Source: a virus
Virus record (IMG/VR): IMGVR_UViG_3300043579_000184
Coordinates: 35,315 to 99,314 of that record
Reading direction: 5' to 3' (one strand)
DNA length: 64,000 nucleotides
Positions 46,545 to 55,423 of the stretch are shown here, in pieces (within the stretch, counting starts at the first letter, position 1; every line of letters begins with the position of its first letter). The translations under genes and the position numbers were made by a program. The notes beneath the pieces are model-generated. The model searched no databases, was not told where the DNA came from, and saw nothing but the letters and a program-made list of their open reading frames with translations.

Positions 46545-47353
46545 TGCCTGCCTTCCTTGTGCCGCTGCACGAGTACAACAAGTGCCACAACCCTGAAGGC
46601 AAAGGGGGCGGCCAGTTCTGCTCGGACGACGCTGATCTTGCCGAGCCCGGCCCGGACGACTACCAGCAGGGCTACCCGCCCGCGCAGGCGGCCGCCATGG
46701 CGTCGGCCCGTAGCGCCCTGATGCGGGCCTCGTTCGAGAGCGACGAGGTCCGGGAGACCATGTCGGTGGTCAACGGCAAGGGCGTTTACGTCGGCGAGAT
46801 GCTCACCGGCGACGGGACCAGCATCAACATTCCGGACGCGCTCTGGAAGGTCTGGATTGACAAGGGCCCGGTGGTCACCGCTCACACGCATCCGGGGTCG
46901 AGCACCTTCAGCTTTGACGACTTCCGCCTGCACAATAAGGTGAACGCGGCCGCGCAGGGCGGGGTCTTGTTCAACCCGCTGGCGGTGGACGCCATGCAAG
47001 TCTTCGGGGAGGACGGCTCGTGGTACGAGATCAAATTCACGCGGGTGCTGCCCCACCCGGAGCTGACCTCGATGGAGAAGAGCTTCGACCGCAAGCGCGA
47101 GCTGGTCGCCCGGTTGGCCGAGACCAAGACGACCGCATGGGCCAAGGCGCAGCCGTGGTGGACCGACCGGCCGGAGAAGACGTGGGATCTGATGACGGAG
47201 CTGGAGCACATTCGCCATGCCGCCAAAAAAGCCGGAGTCCTCGACGCCCTCCAAGCCCACCACTCGCGCCTCTTCCGCGACCACGCGAAAGACATCTGGA
47301 AAGGGCTCGCCGCGCAGTACGGGTTCGAGTACCGCTACCACCTCGCGGATTGA
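46544..47353 (+). CDS. leader-family protein 10 with JAB/MPN-like metallo-domain
   Basis: GTG-PAFLVPLHEYNKCHNPEGKGGGQFC; E...HTHPGSSTFSFDD. Confidence 0.7.
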   Translation: MPAFLVPLHEYNKCHNPEGKGGGQFCSDDADLAEPGPDDYQQGYPPAQAAAMASARSALMRASFESDEVRETMSVVNGKGVYVGEMLTGDGTSINIPDALWKVWIDKGPVVTAHTHPGSSTFSFDDFRLHNKVNAAAQGGVLFNPLAVDAMQVFGEDGSWYEIKFTRVLPHPELTSMEKSFDRKRELVARLAETKTTAWAKAQPWWTDRPEKTWDLMTELEHIRHAAKKAGVLDALQAHHSRLFRDHAKDIWKGLAAQYGFEYRYHLAD

Positions 47354-47389
47354 CGACCGGCCGATGCAGCCACGCTACGGGGAGAAGTA

Positions 47390-48340
47390 GTGCCGACCCA
47401 GCGCGAGGAGCAGGAGCAGCAGGCCCGCCTCCATGCCGAGACGCTGGAGACGCGCCGAGCCCCTGAGCCCCTGTCGGCCGGGGCGCTGGTCGCGCTGGAG
47501 GCGCTGGAGCAGTACACCCGGGGCTCGCTGGCCGACCTCGATGAGTGGCACAAGGCGATGTTCGCCGCCTACAAGGAGGACTTGGCCGCGTACTTCCGCC
47601 GGTACGCCCAGCCGGGCCGGGTGCGTGACCCCGACACCCTGCCGCCGGACGTGTGGGCCATCGCGGCCGTGCAGGACCGGGTGTCCGGCGATCTGGCGAC
47701 GAGCTTCGCCGAGCTGAGCGAGGCGCTCTACCTCGAAGACACCGACGCTATGGAGGAGTGGCTGGACGACGCGCTGGTCGAGGGCTCGCAGCGGGAGCTG
47801 TGGTTGCTGGCACTGGGCGGGATCGATATTGACGAGTACCGGGACGCTCTGCCGGAGGAGGCCGAGGACCGCTCGCTGCTGCTCCTGACCCTCGGGGTGC
47901 TCGGGGCGAGCTGGCTGGCCCGGCGCGCGAGCTGGCGGGACGACGTGACCCAGAAGGTGACGCGGTGGACCGAGGCCAGCATCGTCGGCGGCCGCACGCT
48001 GGACGAGACCTTGGCCGGGTTCGACCGCATCACCGACACCTTCACCGGCCGGGTGAAGGGGCTGGTCGAGAACGAGATGGTCCGGGCGTTCGATGCTGGG
48101 GGCGGGCTCGCGCTGGAAGCGGTGGCGCAGGACCACGATCTCACCGAGGTCTGGGTCACCCGCGCCGACGTGCTTGTGTGCGGCATTTGTGCCCCGCGCC
48201 ATATGAAGGTCACGCCGCTCCAGCCGATCACCGACAGCCATCCCGGCTGCCGGTGCCGGAAGGTGCCGGTCCCGGCCGACTTCGTGTACACCGACGTGGC
48301 CTACGACGACCTGTTCGACAGTGCCTTTGGAGACGAGTGA
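47390..48340 (+). CDS. MuF / SPP1 gp7-like minor head protein
   Basis: C-terminal WVT...VCGIC...HPGCRC motif, position after portal. Confidence 0.75.
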   Translation: MPTQREEQEQQARLHAETLETRRAPEPLSAGALVALEALEQYTRGSLADLDEWHKAMFAAYKEDLAAYFRRYAQPGRVRDPDTLPPDVWAIAAVQDRVSGDLATSFAELSEALYLEDTDAMEEWLDDALVEGSQRELWLLALGGIDIDEYRDALPEEAEDRSLLLLTLGVLGASWLARRASWRDDVTQKVTRWTEASIVGGRTLDETLAGFDRITDTFTGRVKGLVENEMVRAFDAGGGLALEAVAQDHDLTEVWVTRADVLVCGICAPRHMKVTPLQPITDSHPGCRCRKVPVPADFVYTDVAYDDLFDSAFGDE

Positions 48341-49144
48341 TGCAGCTCCCGACCCCGGACTCGGCCCAGCTCCCTCTGCCGGATGCGATCACCCGGGAAG
48401 CCTTCCCGCCGTCAACCGGGAAGGGCCCGCCGCCGAAGAAGAAGGGCAAGCCGCCGGTCGAAGACGAGGAGGCCGCCCCGGCCAAGGCCAAGAAGCGGGC
48501 GGGCTTCCCGTCCAAGAAGGCCACGGAGCCCCCCATCGACTACGACGAGGCCCCGCCCGAGGCCGAGGAGGACGAGGAGGACGTGGAGTACGACGAGGCC
48601 CCGGAAGGTGACCCGGCCGACGCCAAGCTGCACGCCGACGAGGAAGAGGCCCCGCCCAAGAAGAAGGGCAAGGGCAAAGGGAAGAAGGTCGTGGTGACCA
48701 TCGCGACCGAGGCGCACGGCGAGATCCACTCGGCCAAGGCGCACCGCTGTGTGGACGAGGTGGGAGCCAAGGGTGGGGTCGATGAGCCGTGGGCGGTCTG
48801 CACCGCGTCCATCGGCAAGGCCGGGGTCTACGCCAAGGGCCACGGGGGCAGCGCCAGTCCGAAACGGAAGGTGCGCGAGACCGACCGGGCGATGGACGCC
48901 TACGTCGAGGCACTGGTGGAGGCGATCCGTGCCCGTTGAGTCCCCCTTCGACTTCTTCGTCCAGCAGCAGAACAGGAAAATGGTCGAGCTGCTCGAACAG
49001 AACCGGGAAGTCAGCCGGTTCTTCATGGCGATCCTCGACCATCTGGTGGCGCACGCCACGGCCACCGGCACCAGCTTCCGTGACCTCCGGATTGAAGACC
49101 CCCACGTGACGGCGGACGGCTACATCCGGGCGCGGGTGAAGTAA
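48340..49144 (+). CDS. two head-region hypothetical proteins (48340-48939 acidic/basic low-complexity, 48929-49144)
   Basis: Coupled ORFs between MuF and the protease. Confidence 0.55.
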
Positions 49145-49184
49145 CCCCGCCGTCAGTAGTGCGTTTGTAAGCTGCAGAAAGCGT

Positions 49185-50639
49185 ATGGCGCGAGCCGGTC
49201 GTCCCCTCTCGGTCTTCACGTCCCTGCAGGAGTCGGGCGCGGCCCGGTCCACGGCGGGGGCGCAGGGTCGGCGGGTGTACCGGGGGGTGACCATCATCAA
49301 GTCCGGGCTCGGGAACCGGCGAGATCGGAACTACTACCCGGCCGAGACGCTGGAGAAGGCGGTCACGGAAGGGAAGTTCACGAACCTGAAGGCGTACGCG
49401 GACCATCAGGACACGATCTCGGAGGAAGTCCAGCCGGAACGCACGATTCGGGACATGGTCGGGGTCTACCGGGGCGAGCGCTGGCACAAGGAGAGCGGGG
49501 GCGGCCGGGTCATTGCCGACCTGCACCTGTTCCGCAGCTCGAAGTGGCTCAGCGACACGATTGACGACCTCATCGACCTCGGGCAGGCCAGCAACATCGG
49601 GCTGTCCATCAACGGCCGGGGCCAGACCGTCGAGAAGCAGATGCAGCTCGAAGAGGCCACGGCCCCGGTCAATGTCAACTGGGTCGAAGCGTTCACGACG
49701 CTGCGGTCGGCGGATGTGGTCACCGAGGCGGGGGCAGGCGGCGGCTTTCAGGAACTGCTGGAGTCGGCGAAGGGCACGGCACACAGGGAGAACACGATGA
49801 AGCGGCTCACCGAAGCGCAGAAGACTGCCATCAAGGCGGCTGTGGACGCCAACGACCCCGAGAAGCTGCAGGCCGTACTGGCCGAATGCGGGTGCATGGC
49901 AACCCCGGCCAAGGAAGCCAAGGGGACCAAGGCCAAGCCCACCAAGGCGGCCCCCCCGGCGGCGGTGGCCGACGAGGAGGACGAGGCCGACGAGGCGGAG
50001 GCCGACGACGCGGCGTTGGATGACGCCGTCGAGGAAGCCAAGCGGAAGGCCGAGACCGACGCCGAGCCTGCGGAGGAGGTCGCCGAAGCCGACGACACCG
50101 ACGAGGTGGACGACGACGAGGACGACGAGGACGACGACGCCGAGGAGACCGACGAGGTCGAGGAGGCCATGGGGCATCTGCCCGGCGGCGCGGGGAAATT
50201 CATCAAGGGCTCGACCCCGAGCGGGCCGGGCAAGGCCACCACGCCTGCCAAGCAGCGCGGCAAGGGCAAGCGGAAGCGTGAAGCTGACGCGCCCGCGCCC
50301 CTCACCGCCCGGGAGCACAAGCTCTTGGAGCAGAATGCACGACTGTCAGCCCAGCTTCGCGTCCGCACGACGGCTGACCGGGCCCGCAATCTCCTTCGCG
50401 AATCCTCGATTCCCGAAAAGATGCGGCCTGAGATCCTCCCCCTGATGATCGGGAAGAGCGAGGACGAGATGCGGAAGGTGATCCGCTATCACGAGCGGTT
50501 CATTCAGACCGCCATTGCCGAGGCAAGCGGTTACTCGACCGAAGTCGAGGGCGCGGGTTCCCGGTTCCGCGAGAGCGCAGGGGGCGGAGACGCCAGTGCG
50601 GTCGATGCGGCGCTGAACGGCCTGCCGCTGAAGAGCTAG
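49185..50639 (+). CDS. prohead protease fused to acidic scaffolding domain
   Basis: RNYYPAETL, YADH, IGLSING, D.VTE.GAGG protease motifs; D/E/A-rich C-terminal half. Confidence 0.8.
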   Translation: MARAGRPLSVFTSLQESGAARSTAGAQGRRVYRGVTIIKSGLGNRRDRNYYPAETLEKAVTEGKFTNLKAYADHQDTISEEVQPERTIRDMVGVYRGERWHKESGGGRVIADLHLFRSSKWLSDTIDDLIDLGQASNIGLSINGRGQTVEKQMQLEEATAPVNVNWVEAFTTLRSADVVTEAGAGGGFQELLESAKGTAHRENTMKRLTEAQKTAIKAAVDANDPEKLQAVLAECGCMATPAKEAKGTKAKPTKAAPPAAVADEEDEADEAEADDAALDDAVEEAKRKAETDAEPAEEVAEADDTDEVDDDEDDEDDDAEETDEVEEAMGHLPGGAGKFIKGSTPSGPGKATTPAKQRGKGKRKREADAPAPLTAREHKLLEQNARLSAQLRVRTTADRARNLLRESSIPEKMRPEILPLMIGKSEDEMRKVIRYHERFIQTAIAEASGYSTEVEGAGSRFRESAGGGDASAVDAALNGLPLKS

Positions 50640-50706
50640 GTTCGTCAACCCCATGTTTGGCTGGGTGCCTGCCGTCCTGCGGGACGGGAGACCAGCGAGG
50701 TGACCC

Positions 50707-51198
50707 ATGGCTGTTCGAGAAGCACGCAACGCGATTCTCATCGAGGACAAGTCGGGCCGGGTATCGCAGGTCGCGATTGACCCGACCGAAACCGTCTATC
50801 AGGGCGACCTGATGAAGTGGGACGCGGCCAACCACCGCGCCACCAAGATGACGGCGGCCGCCGACGCGGCGACCTTCCTCGGGGTGAGTGACCACACCAA
50901 CCCGCAGTACACCGCCGGAACGCTGACGGCGAACTACACGAAGGCGTACACCAACATCGTCCAGTCGGCGCTCGTGCGGATGATCGCGGGCAAGGCGGAG
51001 ACGCTGCACGGCTTCGGGCTGCTGGAGATGGTGACCGACGCGCAGCACGTGCAGGGCACGGCGACGGCGGCCAACGTCATCGGGGTGGTGGATCCGGGCT
51101 GGGCGACGGTGGCCGGAAAGACCGTGGCCATCGGCGATGAGATCAAGCTCTGGCTGAAGGTGCCGAAGAATCTCGCGGCCTTCGGCGGCACGCAGTAG
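50707..51198 (+). CDS. capsid decoration/cement protein
   Basis: 163 aa between scaffold and MCP; TVYQGDLM, FLGV patterns. Confidence 0.55.
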   Translation: MAVREARNAILIEDKSGRVSQVAIDPTETVYQGDLMKWDAANHRATKMTAAADAATFLGVSDHTNPQYTAGTLTANYTKAYTNIVQSALVRMIAGKAETLHGFGLLEMVTDAQHVQGTATAANVIGVVDPGWATVAGKTVAIGDEIKLWLKVPKNLAAFGGTQ

Positions 51199-51251
51199 CG
51201 CGTTCACCGTTTCTTCTCGGGCGCACTTTCCACAGGTAGGGAGAACCACCC

Positions 51252-52280
51252 ATGTTGTCCAAGCGGGTCGAGATGGTGCTGCGTGAGGCAGCCAACCGGA
51301 TCGACTTCCTGTCGCCGGACCTGTCGTTCCGTCGGCTGCGTGAAGCGGCCGAGCGGATCGCGGACCTGCACGAGACCAACTCGGTGACCACCTTTGGGTG
51401 GTTGCTGCGCTCGGCCGTGCAGGAGTTCGCCAACGACATCTACCAGAACATCGCCGTCATCTACCCGAACTTCGTCACCGAGATCCGCAGCAACCGCCGC
51501 AGCGAGATTTACGGCGGGCTCTACCGGGGCGAGATGCCCCGGCTGACGGACGCCGGTGAGAAGTTTCAGGACAGCACGTTCAAGGGCTTCGAGCGCGAAC
51601 TGATCAACTACAAGTTCGGCCGCTTGGAGAGCTTCGAGCGCGAGCTGTTTGACGACGACCAGACCGGGCAGGTGCGTGCCCGGGCCGGGAACATGGGGGA
51701 GAACTTCCGCCTGATGGAGGAAATCTACGTCATCAAGCGGCTGTTCGGCGCGGCCAGCTCCGAAGAGGGCGTGGACGTTCCGGCTTCGACCTATCCGGGT
51801 GGCCCCTTCACTATCGCCATCGGCAACCGTCCGGCCACCTACGTGCGGGTGGACGCCACCGCGCTGGAAGCGGCGCACGTCGCCGCGCGCAGCATCGTGG
51901 ACCCCATCGGCCGCAAGTTCCTCTACGTGCCGACCACCCTGCTGGTCAGTCCCATTGACGAGTTCACGGTGATGCGGATCATCAACTCGCCGATCATGCC
52001 CAACACGGCCGCCAGCGCGACCGCCATGCTGGTGAATCCACTGCAGGGCCGCTACGCCGTCTTCTCGACGCCGTATGTGCGGAGCAAGGCGTGGATGCTC
52101 GGTGACTTCAAGAAGGGCTTCGTCTTCCAGCGGCGCGATCCGTTGGAAATCATTCAGGAAGCCCCGAACACCGGCATGGGGTTCGAGCAGGAAATCTATG
52201 CGTTCCGGGGCCGCGAGCGCTTCGAGGCGGACTGGATCGAGCCGCGCTTCGCCTATCTGGGTAACGACGGCAGCGTCTAA
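51252..52280 (+). CDS. major capsid protein (Mu gpT-like, HK97 fold)
   Basis: INYKFGRL....RELFDDDQTG, PTTLLVSP, WMLGDFKKGFVFQRR, FRGRERF..DWIEPRF; GGAG SD. Confidence 0.85.
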   Translation: MLSKRVEMVLREAANRIDFLSPDLSFRRLREAAERIADLHETNSVTTFGWLLRSAVQEFANDIYQNIAVIYPNFVTEIRSNRRSEIYGGLYRGEMPRLTDAGEKFQDSTFKGFERELINYKFGRLESFERELFDDDQTGQVRARAGNMGENFRLMEEIYVIKRLFGAASSEEGVDVPASTYPGGPFTIAIGNRPATYVRVDATALEAAHVAARSIVDPIGRKFLYVPTTLLVSPIDEFTVMRIINSPIMPNTAASATAMLVNPLQGRYAVFSTPYVRSKAWMLGDFKKGFVFQRRDPLEIIQEAPNTGMGFEQEIYAFRGRERFEADWIEPRFAYLGNDGSV

Positions 52281-52305
52281 GCGGCTGTCACGAGCTGGGT
52301 GCAGT

Positions 52306-52340
52306 CAACAGGCGGCGGGTACCCCACCTGCCGCCTGTTG
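52306..52340. terminator. GC-rich hairpin between converging MCP and minus-strand gene
   Basis: CAACAGGCGGCGGG ... CCTGCCGCCTGTTG, about 14 bp stem. Confidence 0.65.
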
Positions 52341-52351
52341 CTGCGTACCGG

Positions 52352-52825
52352 CTACCAGCGAATGCGGGCCTTTACGCCCACCACACCGGGGGCGAGCTGC
52401 GGGCTGATCTTCACCTTCTGCAGGCCGATGAACATGAGGAGCGCCCCGGCTCCCATCGCCGCATAGGTATAGGGCCGGACTTCCGGCATGGCGGCGAGGT
52501 CACCGCATTCCCCGCGCGTGATGTCGAGCGAGCTGCCGTACTGGAGGTCGTTGTCGATGCAGTAGGCCCGGCCGTTGTAAAGGTAGTTGTCGCCGTCCTG
52601 CTGGGCGAACGAGTCGGCCCAGATGAGCGCGCCACCGCCCAACAGCAAGATACCGGTGAGGGCAAGGATCGGGCTCCGGCGCTTGTGTGTCGGCGGCGGC
52701 TCGTCCAGCATCTGCCGGGCGAGTGCGCCGGTTTCCTCAGCGGTCTGGCCATAGGTGACGGTCTGGGCGAACACCGGCAGCGGAGACAGGGTCAACAGGA
52801 GTAGAATCGCAGTCAGTTTCTTCAT
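52352..52825 (-). CDS. secreted/membrane protein
   Basis: Signal peptide MKKLTAILLLLTLSPLPVFA plus two hydrophobic segments; promoter-dyad copy at 52831-52848. Confidence 0.6.
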   Translation of the reverse strand: MKKLTAILLLLTLSPLPVFAQTVTYGQTAEETGALARQMLDEPPPTHKRRSPILALTGILLLGGGALIWADSFAQQDGDNYLYNGRAYCIDNDLQYGSSLDITRGECGDLAAMPEVRPYTYAAMGAGALLMFIGLQKVKISPQLAPGVVGVKARIRW

Positions 52826-52866
52826 GGACCTATGATACCACAGGTCGCCTCAACCAAGGAGCCACG

Positions 52867-53070
52867 ATGACACCCGAATCGACCCCGACCCCGCCGACCA
52901 CGCCTCCGCCGACCACGCCGCCGACTGAGCCGCCGCCGGGGGGCACGACGCCCCCGGTCAATCCGCAGCCCGATCAGGACTTGCCGGGCCGCAAGGACGA
53001 CCGGCAGGAACGCCGGGAAGAGCGCCGGGACGAACCCAAGCCGTCGCCGCAGCCCACGCCGAAGAAGTAG
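52867..53070 (+). CDS. Pro/Thr-rich small protein
   Basis: AAGGAG SD; TPTPPTTPPP low complexity. Confidence 0.45.
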   Translation: MTPESTPTPPTTPPPTTPPTEPPPGGTTPPVNPQPDQDLPGRKDDRQERREERRDEPKPSPQPTPKK

Positions 53071-53075
53071 TCCTG

Positions 53076-53118
53076 TTCCACGGCTGAGTGTTCCACGTGG
53101 AAACACTCAGCCGTGGAA
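53076..53118. repeat. 43 bp near-perfect palindrome with a parS-like core
   Basis: TTCCACGGCTGAGTGTT-CCACGTGGA-AACACTCAGCCGTGGAA; core GTTCCACGTGGAAA. Confidence 0.8.
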
Positions 53119-53274
53119 TCGTTTGTGTCCCGTTCTAGGCAGGATGCTGCTGCCCGGCTTGTTCGTGATCGTCGGGCTGATTCTGCTGGTGTGCTGGGGC
53201 TGGCGGGGGATGCGGAAGTAAGACAGACGGCGCGGTCGAGTTAGAGTAAGATGCCCGCCGTGAGGAGGTCGGAC

Positions 53275-54057
53275 ATGCGAACAAGCCTTGGAGCAGTGGT
53301 CGTTGCCGTCGTGCTGCTGGGGGCGTCTCCGGTACGGGCGGCCCCAATTTCGATCTTTACGGTCGCCGGGGCCAACACCTACGAGAACACCGAGAACAAC
53401 CCCTGCGTTTTCTTCGGACCGGGTCAGAGCGGCTGCAACAAGAATCCTGACGGCTGGTCCACCGTGGGCGACACGGGCGGCGGCGACCCGTTCAACCCCA
53501 ATCCGCTGGTCAACACGTACGGCGATGCCCCCGGTGAGCTGGCGCTGTTTCGCGACAACGTGGGAGCGAACTTCCTGCTCGGCCTCGACATCAACGACAC
53601 CTCGACGGCGCAGATTCTGAGCGACACCACCATCAACTTCTTCAACTTTGCTGGCGTGAACATCGGCAGCTACACGTTCGCGGGCCCGCTCGCCGTGCCG
53701 AACAGCAATAACGGCGAAGGCTTCGCGGATTACGTCCTGTCGGCGGGCTGTGGGCCGCCCGGCGCAGTGGGCAGCGGCAACACCGCGACCTGCACGAACT
53801 ACACCCCGTTCAGCGCGCCCTCGGGGACGCGCTCGATTACCTTCACCTTTGGCATCACGGGCTTCAACGATGGGCCGGACCGGCTCTTCCTGATCGGGTT
53901 GGGCGGGTCGTTCCCGCCAGATGACGATCCGCCGGATGACGATCCGCCCGATGACGACCCGCCGCCGACACCGGTGCCGGAACCCGCGTCGATGCTGCTG
54001 CTGGGCACCGGCCTGCTGGCCGTGGCGCGCGCCGCGCGCCGCCGAAACGCGCCCTAG
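53275..54057 (+). CDS. PEP-CTERM sorting-domain surface protein
   Basis: GAGGAGG SD, signal peptide, 3x DDDPP repeat, C-terminal VPEPASMLLLGTGLLAVARAARRR. Confidence 0.9.
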   Translation: MRTSLGAVVVAVVLLGASPVRAAPISIFTVAGANTYENTENNPCVFFGPGQSGCNKNPDGWSTVGDTGGGDPFNPNPLVNTYGDAPGELALFRDNVGANFLLGLDINDTSTAQILSDTTINFFNFAGVNIGSYTFAGPLAVPNSNNGEGFADYVLSAGCGPPGAVGSGNTATCTNYTPFSAPSGTRSITFTFGITGFNDGPDRLFLIGLGGSFPPDDDPPDDDPPDDDPPPTPVPEPASMLLLGTGLLAVARAARRRNAP

Positions 54058-54088
54058 TTCGGAAGGGTAGGGCGTGTGTGGGTGGCCG

Positions 54089-54597
54089 CTACGTCCCGGC
54101 GGCCACCCGCCGTCCTCGCGGCGGCCAGTCGGGCAGGCTGGGATGGTCGAGCACGGTCGGCGGCCGTCCGGTCTCACCCCCCTTGAAGGCGTCCCCGGTC
54201 ACGTGGTCCCAGACCGCCGCGTTGAAGGCTTGCCACGCCGTGCGGAGATATACCAGATCCTCGTGGCGCACGTCATCGTAGGCGCTCGACCGTTCCATGA
54301 CGTTCGCCATGGCGTCGTCCAGCGTGATGAAGGCAGCGCGGGCCCGTTTGACCTGATCGCGGGTCATGCGGTCTCCGCCGGAATCTTGCCGAGCCGCTTC
54401 CACTCCGCGACACACACCGGGTGGCAGATGGTGATGTCGGCGGGCGGGTCGTGTTCGCGAGCGTAAGCGACAAACTCCGCCACTTCCTTCACCGTCAGGG
54501 ACCGGAAGAGCCAGTCGGTCGAGACGTAGGCGGTCTCGTCGTTGAAGAACGTGTCGTTGAAGAACGTGTCGGCGCTGTCGTCAGGTCGGTTGGCCAT
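54089..54597 (-). CDS. two small hypothetical genes (54089-54367, 54364-54597)
   Basis: Coupled ORFs downstream of DUF2958. Confidence 0.5.
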
Positions 54598-54599
54598 GG

Positions 54600-54899
54600 T
54601 CACGCCGCCTTTCTGAGCTTGCTGAGCGGGGTCGGGAGGAACCAGCGGTCGCGCTCGATGCCGAGACCCCGGACCTTGAGGGACGCCAGCTCGCGCAGCG
54701 AGAAGTAGCCCAGCTCGGTCTCGTGGCCGATGACCAGCCCGAAGAAGCGGTCCACCGAATCGAACTCGACACCGTACCAAGTCCACGAACTCGCAGGGTG
54801 GAAGAACTTCACCACCGCTATGGGGTCCGCGACGTTCTCAGTGGCCCCAAGGGGCGGCAGCTTTGCTCGCAGGGCTTTCGTTAACAGTTTCGTTGCCAT
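54600..54899 (-). CDS. DUF2958-family protein
   Basis: AVVKFFHPASSWTWY..E...RFFGLVIGHETELGYFSLREL...IERD; promoter copy 54918-54947. Confidence 0.8.
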   Translation of the reverse strand: MATKLLTKALRAKLPPLGATENVADPIAVVKFFHPASSWTWYGVEFDSVDRFFGLVIGHETELGYFSLRELASLKVRGLGIERDRWFLPTPLSKLRKAA

Positions 54900-54943
54900 C
54901 CGGCTTACCTCCACCACCATGATGCCACAGGTGGGCCCAGAAG

Positions 54944-55423
54944 TCAAGATTTTGTGAACCTGCCGTGCAGGCGCGGCTGGTTCCGGTGCGCCCCGATATA
55001 CCGGCCCTGCGCCTTCCGTTTCGCAGTGTGCAGGCGCATGTGGGGACCGCGCTCCATCGGCTCAAGGTTGTCTGGGGAGTCGTCATCACGCACGTCGTTT
55101 TTGTGGTGAGCAATCTCGTCGGGTTGCAGGAGCCGCCCGAGCGTGGCTTCGAGCACGAGGTCGGCCCGCTTGGTGTAGCCCTGCTTGTTTGCTCGATGGT
55201 GGCCCGGCTGCAGCACGTAGACGTAGCCCTGCGAGCGCATCGTCCCGCCGGTCCAGAACCTGCTGTTCGGGCCGCGCATCCATTCCCACGACTCGGCGGC
55301 GCGCGTGCGCGCGATCAGCCGGTTCCGACAGGGGGCCGGGAGATTACAGGTTGTGCGCTCCAGCGGGCTACGGAAGCGGTCGCGAGTGACGACCGCGCCG
55401 CAGACACAGCAGGTTCGGGTCAC
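54944..55423 (-). CDS. HNH homing endonuclease
   Basis: GYVYV..PGH, LGRLLQPDEIAHHKNDVRDDDSPDNL; N-terminal CCVC. Confidence 0.75.
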   Translation of the reverse strand: MTRTCCVCGAVVTRDRFRSPLERTTCNLPAPCRNRLIARTRAAESWEWMRGPNSRFWTGGTMRSQGYVYVLQPGHHRANKQGYTKRADLVLEATLGRLLQPDEIAHHKNDVRDDDSPDNLEPMERGPHMRLHTAKRKAQGRYIGAHRNQPRLHGRFTKS

